Part shown: positions 57,877-64,000 of the stretch, piece after piece
Layout of the letters: every line of letters starts with the position of its first letter
Numbering within the stretch: the stretch's first letter is position 1
The notes under the pieces: generated by a model
What the model saw: only the letters and a program-made list of their open reading frames with translations
The model's database searches: none
What the model was told of the DNA's origin: nothing
Program-made: the position numbers and the translations under genes
Source: an uncultured bacterium
GTDB taxonomy: Bacteria; Verrucomicrobiota; Verrucomicrobiia; Verrucomicrobiales; DEV007
Direction: 5' to 3'
Assembly (NCBI GenBank): GCA_963977015.1
Contig: CAXBMO010000025.1
Span: 27,505 to 91,504 of the forward strand
DNA: 64,000 nucleotides

Positions 57877-60800
57877 ATGATAAGAAAACTACTGAGATTG
57901 TTATGCATGGGCGCATTGTCGGCTCTAGCTGGATGCACCAATCAAGCGAATATCGATTCCTCAATCGATCACCTTGCCGGATCGCTCAAGGAGGCGGCGG
58001 AAACTGACGATTGGTTCAAGGAAGAAAAGGATGATGATGACGATGAGTCCCCGGGCCTACTTTCAGTCCAAGATGCGCGAGCCGTCATTCGGGCCCATCT
58101 CATTCTGGAACAAGCAGGCGGCGGAGAAGGCGCCGATTGGAAGCCGGATGACCTATCAGAGCAAACTCTCGAGCTGGCCAAGCAAACGCTGTCACCTACA
58201 GAATTCAAAGAGGCCCGAGACTTGGATTTGGACTTCTCCAAAATGCTGCCGGAAGACCGTGCCCGATTGGTCAAGGATGCTAAATCCACCCTTGCGGAGG
58301 TAACCCAGCACACACAAGTGGCACGAGCAAATGGCTCGTTGCCAAAACTGGCCAGGGTCGAAGTAATCGCGAAAGAAATTCAGGCGGACTTGCGGAAATT
58401 GGCCCCACGATCTCCGATCCCTAAAAATCCTCTGGCGCTTTTGCCAGCATCCGAACTTCGTGGTGCGGTGGACGGTCTCCAAAGGATGGAGCGCTCTCTG
58501 GCGGAATCACATGCCCTGACAGGCATAAAAGGCACGGTCAAGTCGGCTCAACTCTTGCTGGTGAAACAATATCGCGAGCAGTTTGAAGCCGTCATCGGCT
58601 CCGATGAGCAGCGGGTTTTTGAAGAGCAACTCAGGGACATTTCGAAAGAGATCTCCACACAGCAATGGGCCGAAGCCGAGGCCAGCCGAACGAAGCGCAT
58701 CGCGGCAAGTTGGAATCGGAAAATCGTTGAACTGAAAGCCGCGACCGGTTGGCCGGAGATTCTCATCGAAACGACTCCCACGCGTGGCCCTCCCTTGGAA
58801 AAGGTCGCGATGACTAGCGTAAGAGCTTTTGATGCAGATCCCCGGCAATGGATCAACGCTGAAGCCAATCTCCGAGCACTTTCCGAGGAAATCGTCCGTA
58901 ATCCCAACCTCCCCGAAGAATTTCGGAAACCCGCCATCAGCCCCCATCAGCGCGTCGCGCTTCTTCTCGAAACTGAATCGCTCAGGCGCATTCAAAGGAC
59001 GCTATCGCCTCTGCTTGCTGATGCACCTTCCAGCCCCGATTCAAAGCTCTTCCCGGAACGGAAGTCCCACTTGGTTCGGTGGCAGCAATCCGTTGAAACG
59101 GAGCTGGCCCGAAGAGCAAATGGGGGTCCCCGCTTCAGCACCACCGACGGCGCAGTGGACAAGTTGATAGCAACCTATGACCACATCAATAAAGCGGTTC
59201 AGCCCCGGGGAGAGGCCAACCTGCTTCGGATGGTTGAAGTTCGCTATCCCGGCGGCAAGCACCTGCCACAAGGTCTTGCCTCCGAAGTTCAATTTCTACT
59301 GCAACTCAAGGCCAACAGCTTCATTGCACAATCCAATCAACTATCGAAACTCTTCCAGGAGACGGCCAACCAGCGATTGGCAATGGGGACGGAAGCCAGC
59401 AGCATTTCCCTGAAGGACGCGAAAATGGCGGGGGCCCATCTTTCCTTCGAAATGGACAGCTTTGTCAAAGAAGCCCAGCGCATGGGTTTCAAGTTCGATG
59501 CGGTATTGCCCGATTTGCAGAAATTGAAGGCGATGTTTCCACCGCGCCCTCCTCCTGGATCAACGCCCGGCGTGGCTGCCTCGACAAATCCACTTTTGCC
59601 CAGTCAACCGGGACTGCACAAAAGCATTGTCACCCTCGAACAGAATCTTGCACAGCTTCAACGTCAGATCAGTGATAAGCTGGTGCAAAGTGAGGGCATC
59701 AAGACTTCGCCCGTTGCGTTCGCCTCAGACAAAGGGCGACTCATTGCAAGCCGAGCGGACTTCAAAGTCAACATCGTCGATTGGAAGAGCTTCCAATTCA
59801 ACGCGGCTCAATCACGGCTCCCCAAAGAACACGCTGACTGGCAGGGGCGGCTTAGCCCGGAGGGCAAGCCATTCGATTTCCGCACCGAAGTCAAGCAGCC
59901 GCGAAACTTTCGCGCTCTGGGAGGAGGCATTCATCTGGGAGAAACTGCTGAAGTCTCCGGTGACTTCAGCGACAAAGCCCTAATTTTTGAGGAGGGAAAA
60001 GGGCTCTTCTTCCGCGACCCGAAGGGTAAGGAATGGATGATCGATTCCGAAAGTGATCCCGTCGATCTCAAAGCACTCTACCGGTTCGCAATCTCAGGCC
60101 GCAATGCCGCGATTTCGATTGGATGGGGAACCGAGCGGACGTCTGTGTTCGATCAACCAGAGTCACCGGGCCAAACCGTGCTCCTCGACCCCTATCTCGT
60201 CGACACGTCCGTCGGTCAGGACCTGATTCTGGCGGACACGATTCCATGGTCGTTTGACGAACCGAAATTGCCCAATGGTCGGGATATTTCTTTTTCGAAA
60301 CAATTCCGCGACGCCTACCAGGAGTTTAGAGACAATGACGCGCAAGAACTGCGGTCGGTGGTCGAAAACGTCCAGCCATATCGCCCTGCAGATCGATCGA
60401 AATGGTTCTCCGTTCTGAATTCCCCTGAAATCCCGGTCGTCATTCGATCTTTGCTGAAATTTGACCAAGTGTCCGATGAAATGAAGGAGTGGCTGGTGGG
60501 CCGGAAACTCATGGATGAGGCAACTCAAATACCTGATTTTCCGTTTCAAATCTCCGATCCGCAACTGTGGCGTGAGACGATTGAGAATTACTTCTATCAG
60601 CAGATTTACGATTCCAACCTCGAGGAAGCCAAGGATCTGGGAATGTCTACCTTCGAAGCAAGACAGGCCCTGGAAAATATTTCTTACAAAATACGATCTT
60701 CTGCGCGAACGACCACTGCAAAGGTGATCCAGGAGTTGAATCTCGAAGACAGCAAAAAGATGCTCGACGACTTGCCGTCGTCCTCGGATGAAGCTCTCAA

Positions 60801-61341
60801 GGAGATAATTACGCTCGTTGTACTGGCAACCTTGGAACGGGGTAGTTGTCCACGCTCGTTGGTTGAATTGTGGTGCTCGCTCAAGCTTGCCGAAGGGGCC
60901 GAGTCCCATTCGCTGGCGAGTTCGCTTAAGCAGACCCTCAGCCAATCCACTTTGGCCGCCCTCCATGACGAAGCTGTTCATCTGTCACTCTTGGATGAGT
61001 CGGTCGTCTTCGACAGCCAAATGCGTTATCTCTATGCCACAACTCACGTGTATGTCACGCAAAGCGAGATTGGTCGCGGAAAGTCACCAACCGAAAAAGA
61101 GCATACCGTCAAAGAGATCGAACCCCTGACACGAATCTCCAACGATCATCTCAATGAGGTAGCTGATGCTTTTCCGCCTCTCAATCGAATCATCAAATTT
61201 GCGGAAATCGCCGCCTTATTTCGATGGGCCGACCGAGCGTTTCAAGACGGTCTACTCGCCGGGATTGATCTTAGCGACCTTGGCAGCTATCCCGCCAATG
61301 ACCGGGAACGATTTCCTACCGTTGATGTACTCATCCAATAG
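57877..61341 (+). CDS. Large hypothetical lipoprotein
   Basis: MIRKLLRLLCMGALSALAGC lipobox; 1154-aa open frame; no confidently recognised domain. Confidence 0.7.
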   Translation: MIRKLLRLLCMGALSALAGCTNQANIDSSIDHLAGSLKEAAETDDWFKEEKDDDDDESPGLLSVQDARAVIRAHLILEQAGGGEGADWKPDDLSEQTLELAKQTLSPTEFKEARDLDLDFSKMLPEDRARLVKDAKSTLAEVTQHTQVARANGSLPKLARVEVIAKEIQADLRKLAPRSPIPKNPLALLPASELRGAVDGLQRMERSLAESHALTGIKGTVKSAQLLLVKQYREQFEAVIGSDEQRVFEEQLRDISKEISTQQWAEAEASRTKRIAASWNRKIVELKAATGWPEILIETTPTRGPPLEKVAMTSVRAFDADPRQWINAEANLRALSEEIVRNPNLPEEFRKPAISPHQRVALLLETESLRRIQRTLSPLLADAPSSPDSKLFPERKSHLVRWQQSVETELARRANGGPRFSTTDGAVDKLIATYDHINKAVQPRGEANLLRMVEVRYPGGKHLPQGLASEVQFLLQLKANSFIAQSNQLSKLFQETANQRLAMGTEASSISLKDAKMAGAHLSFEMDSFVKEAQRMGFKFDAVLPDLQKLKAMFPPRPPPGSTPGVAASTNPLLPSQPGLHKSIVTLEQNLAQLQRQISDKLVQSEGIKTSPVAFASDKGRLIASRADFKVNIVDWKSFQFNAAQSRLPKEHADWQGRLSPEGKPFDFRTEVKQPRNFRALGGGIHLGETAEVSGDFSDKALIFEEGKGLFFRDPKGKEWMIDSESDPVDLKALYRFAISGRNAAISIGWGTERTSVFDQPESPGQTVLLDPYLVDTSVGQDLILADTIPWSFDEPKLPNGRDISFSKQFRDAYQEFRDNDAQELRSVVENVQPYRPADRSKWFSVLNSPEIPVVIRSLLKFDQVSDEMKEWLVGRKLMDEATQIPDFPFQISDPQLWRETIENYFYQQIYDSNLEEAKDLGMSTFEARQALENISYKIRSSARTTTAKVIQELNLEDSKKMLDDLPSSSDEALKEIITLVVLATLERGSCPRSLVELWCSLKLAEGAESHSLASSLKQTLSQSTLAALHDEAVHLSLLDESVVFDSQMRYLYATTHVYVTQSEIGRGKSPTEKEHTVKEIEPLTRISNDHLNEVADAFPPLNRIIKFAEIAALFRWADRAFQDGLLAGIDLSDLGSYPANDRERFPTVDVLIQ

Positions 61342-61358
61342 TAACAATCCTGATCCTT

Positions 61359-62180
61359 ATGAACAATAAAGTGTTCTTCAGCTATTCCCGCGAGGACGAA
61401 CCAAACGTGAAGGGGTTTAAGGAAGCGTTTGAACTCCGAAACATCCCGGTTTGGATCGATTACGAAGAAATCGGGGTCAGTAGCTCCCTCAGCCACAGCA
61501 TCAATGAAGGCCTGAAAAACAGCCGTGACTCCGTGGTTTTCTTTTCAGAATCCTACAACGCCAAGGAATGGCCCAGAGCCGAGTGCAATGCAATCACCAA
61601 TTTGATGATCGCGGAGGTCGATCGCGATGTTGTCGTCGTTCGACTCGACCAGACCCCGGTCCCCCCTCTTCTGACAGACCGAATCTGGAGCGGAAGTGAC
61701 GACCGCCAGCAAATCGCAGATTGGTTTGCCACGAAATACTCTGACTCCAGCGCCACGCTTACCGTGCCCGATTCCAACCCTCCATCTGAAGTCGCGGAGA
61801 TTATCAATTTCCCTTCCCGGCTCGATCACACATCCATTGAACGGCTGGGCCGGAAAATGATCGAAGTGATTCGATCCAACACGACTCCTTTGCCCTTCAA
61901 GTTCTACACGAAAAATGAGGGCAATATCATCGTGGAGATTCTTGACGATCAAGGGTCCGGACTCATTGAGGATCTCGATCACCAGTTGGTTCTTTCCGGT
62001 TATCATCGTCGCCATATTCAGGAGTTTGAACAAGAACTGGCGATCGGCGGCCTGGGGGCCTTGACTGGTGCCTTCAAGGTCCGGCTGGAACAGAAGATCG
62101 AGGAACTGGAAAAGGCCCGGGAAGCCATTCGGGCGCTGATCGACGCTCTGACCATGCGCGCCATGGCGCAACGCAACTGA
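61359..62180 (+). CDS. TIR-domain protein with a C-terminal coiled coil
   Basis: KVFFSYSRED..VWIDYEEI..VFFSESY..WPRAE. Confidence 0.85.
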   Translation: MNNKVFFSYSREDEPNVKGFKEAFELRNIPVWIDYEEIGVSSSLSHSINEGLKNSRDSVVFFSESYNAKEWPRAECNAITNLMIAEVDRDVVVVRLDQTPVPPLLTDRIWSGSDDRQQIADWFATKYSDSSATLTVPDSNPPSEVAEIINFPSRLDHTSIERLGRKMIEVIRSNTTPLPFKFYTKNEGNIIVEILDDQGSGLIEDLDHQLVLSGYHRRHIQEFEQELAIGGLGALTGAFKVRLEQKIEELEKAREAIRALIDALTMRAMAQRN

Positions 62181-62206
62181 CGTATTGCGATGAGATTGTT
62201 CCGTTG

Positions 62207-63051
62207 TCAGTGGTGTGGAATTTTGTTGATCCTCTGTAGTTTTAGGGATGACATGATCGCCACTCCAGCAGGCGAAGACCATGGAGAATTGATCTGCTTG
62301 CCCAGTTTTCGTACGCGTACCGAGACATCGAATTTCGCGACTCCCTCGGCATCCTGAATCGTGAACTTGCCACGCTCCACCTCGCCGGACTTCAGTTTAA
62401 TCCGCGCCGGGCTCTGGCGGAATTCCTCGGCGCAGGCACTGATGACGTAGTCGTGCAGATCCTCCAGTTCCAACTGCTCGGGCTTGGCGGATTCGTTGCC
62501 TTGGAACATGAACTGGGCCAGAACCACGTGTCTTCTTCGACATCAACAGACACTGTGTCCAGTTGCAGAAAGAATTTGCCGTCGCGTTCTCCGATCTCCC
62601 GGCCCCAGTGAATGAAAAAGGGATGGCAGGCACCACCCGCAGCCGTCCCCGAATAGCGCCGTTCGTAGCCGCGCTCCACGACCCTCAGCACTTGGCGCAG
62701 GCCGCGCTCAAAGTCTTGGCGGAAATCAACGTGCAGGTAGTCCTTAAGGTTATCCGGAACCTCACACAATTCCAGGATCAGGGGCAGGATGACGGTCTTC
62801 TTATCGGTCTCCTGCCGCAAGGCTTCGCCGATCTCTTGCGCGCCCCAGTCCGATTGGTTGGAGCTTTCCGACACCACGACGCAGAAAATCGAGGCTTGCT
62901 CGATCGCTTCCTGGATTTTGGCGGGAAGCGAATGACCGGGCGACATCTTCCACTCATCCCGCCACACCTTCACGTTGCGCTTGATCAAGCGGAGACAGAG
63001 CTGGTTGACGAACTCCTGATCCTGGTGGCTGTGGCTGATGAAGACTGACAT
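62207..63051 (-). pseudogene. TIR-domain gene with an apparent frameshift near 62528
   Basis: TIR SVFISHSHQD..VWRD..SDWGAQE in 62392-63051. Plausible protein sequence continues in the 62207-62527 frame (VVLAQFMFQGNE..). Confidence 0.6.
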
Positions 63052-63062
63052 GGCGTGTCATT

Positions 63063-63896
63063 TCACTCGTTTGGGGGAGAGGCAACCATTCTGGGGGCAC
63101 CAACCATTCCACGAATGCTTAGGTGAACATTCTCCAGGTTGTCGATCACATCGTTCAGGGACAAAATAGCTTCCGGGAATTGTTTAATCTCCAACTCTGC
63201 GATAATGAGTTCCTTCTCGTCTTCGAGGTCGCTCAACCTCTTCATCAATGCGACTCGAGTGTCCTGCATCTCTTTGATGACTTCTACCCCATACTCAGCT
63301 TGATACGTCCATTCTCCCGACATTGATTCGTATTGCTCCCGCCTAACTGACGATAAACCTGGCTTACTCGCTTTGTCTCCTAACTCCCTGGCCTTATTCT
63401 GGGCCCGTTCCAATGCCTTATAAGTCTCTGGTTCCAGTTGATTCTGAATAGATTGCACTGATTGGTTGATGTTCTCAATTAATGCGTCCAGCCCACGGAT
63501 CAAATCCTCGCGATTCTCATCTGCGATCGCTTTTTTGATCATTCCTAGCCCTTTTTCCACGGAATTCGCCAATATTTCAGCTTCGTCTAGTAGCGGCCTG
63601 AAATCTTCGGGAATTTCATCCCTGTCAGGATTTGGGTATTCCTCAGATCCTTCACGATCCGCCTTTGTCCGGGATTGGGGCGCAATCCGAATGTCGTAGT
63701 GCCGCCGGTTCGCTTTCCCGCTCACTTTTTGGGGGGTCGTTCGCACATTGCTCAAAAGTGCATCGAGTAGCGCCGCCATCTGCGTAGCCTCGTTCTTGTC
63801 CTCGTCAAAGTAGTAAGTGACAATGAATTCATTTGAGAACTCCTTGTCGGGCTTTGAAACTTGCAGTGCGACCCCGGAGCCAAATTTGGCGAGTTC
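63063..63896 (-). pseudogene. Hypothetical coiled-coil protein, 5'-truncated by an IS3-family element
   Basis: The frame stays open upstream of the 63779 Met (..ELAKFGSGVALQVSKPDKEFSNEFIVTYYFDEDKNEATQM) right up to the IS end. Confidence 0.55.
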
Positions 63897-64000
63897 TGGA
63901 ACTCCCCCGAAAAAGTGGACACGAAAACCTTGGCCTCTTTGTGTCTAGTTTAGGGTGATAGGATTGTGTTGAAAGTGGTTTGTCAGGAAGTTTTCCGGAG
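63897..64000 (-). mobile_element. Right end of an IS3-family insertion sequence
   Basis: Terminal IR-like TGGAACTCCCCCGAAAAAGTGGACAC (63897-63922). The minus strand at the edge encodes ..PENFLTNHFQHNPITLN*, resembling an IS3 OrfB C-terminus. Confidence 0.65.

Overview
GC-rich bacterial DNA, very likely from the PVC superphylum (Verrucomicrobia/Planctomycetes-type DUF1501, DUF1549/1553, DUF1552 and DUF1592-family genes, plus ECF sigma/anti-sigma pairs). All domain calls are by-eye motif recognition, not database hits. (1) 1-23.8 kb, minus strand: an ECF/FecR-headed run of DUF1501, PPC, DUF1549/1553, cytochrome c-WD40 and TPR genes. It ends in a >2300-aa TPR protein that runs off the window and is missing from the ORF track. 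(2) 24-47.2 kb, plus strand: a second ECF/anti-sigma pair, three DUF1552 + DUF1592-family pairs and a sulfatase. A lower-GC islet (P450, methyltransferase, TauD dioxygenase) carries a candidate MxYxH RiPP precursor. The third DUF1592 gene is split by an IS110 element whose CT core, donor/target junctions and bridge-RNA guide loops can be read directly from the sequence. (3) 47.4-64 kb: a candidate TIR-signalling defence/conflict island. It holds a 1717-aa lipase-TIR-SLOG-macro-like-CHAT fusion, a TIR protein, an nSTAND1 NTPase fused to a catalytically substituted TIR, a stand-alone SLOG, a large lipoprotein and two more TIR genes, and ends at an IS3-family terminus. The most interesting items are the TIR/SLOG/STAND/caspase/lipase island, the decodable IS110 bridge RNA, the P450-MNYDH RiPP candidate, a REP inserted in frame in a gene, and two sigma-specific promoter motifs.
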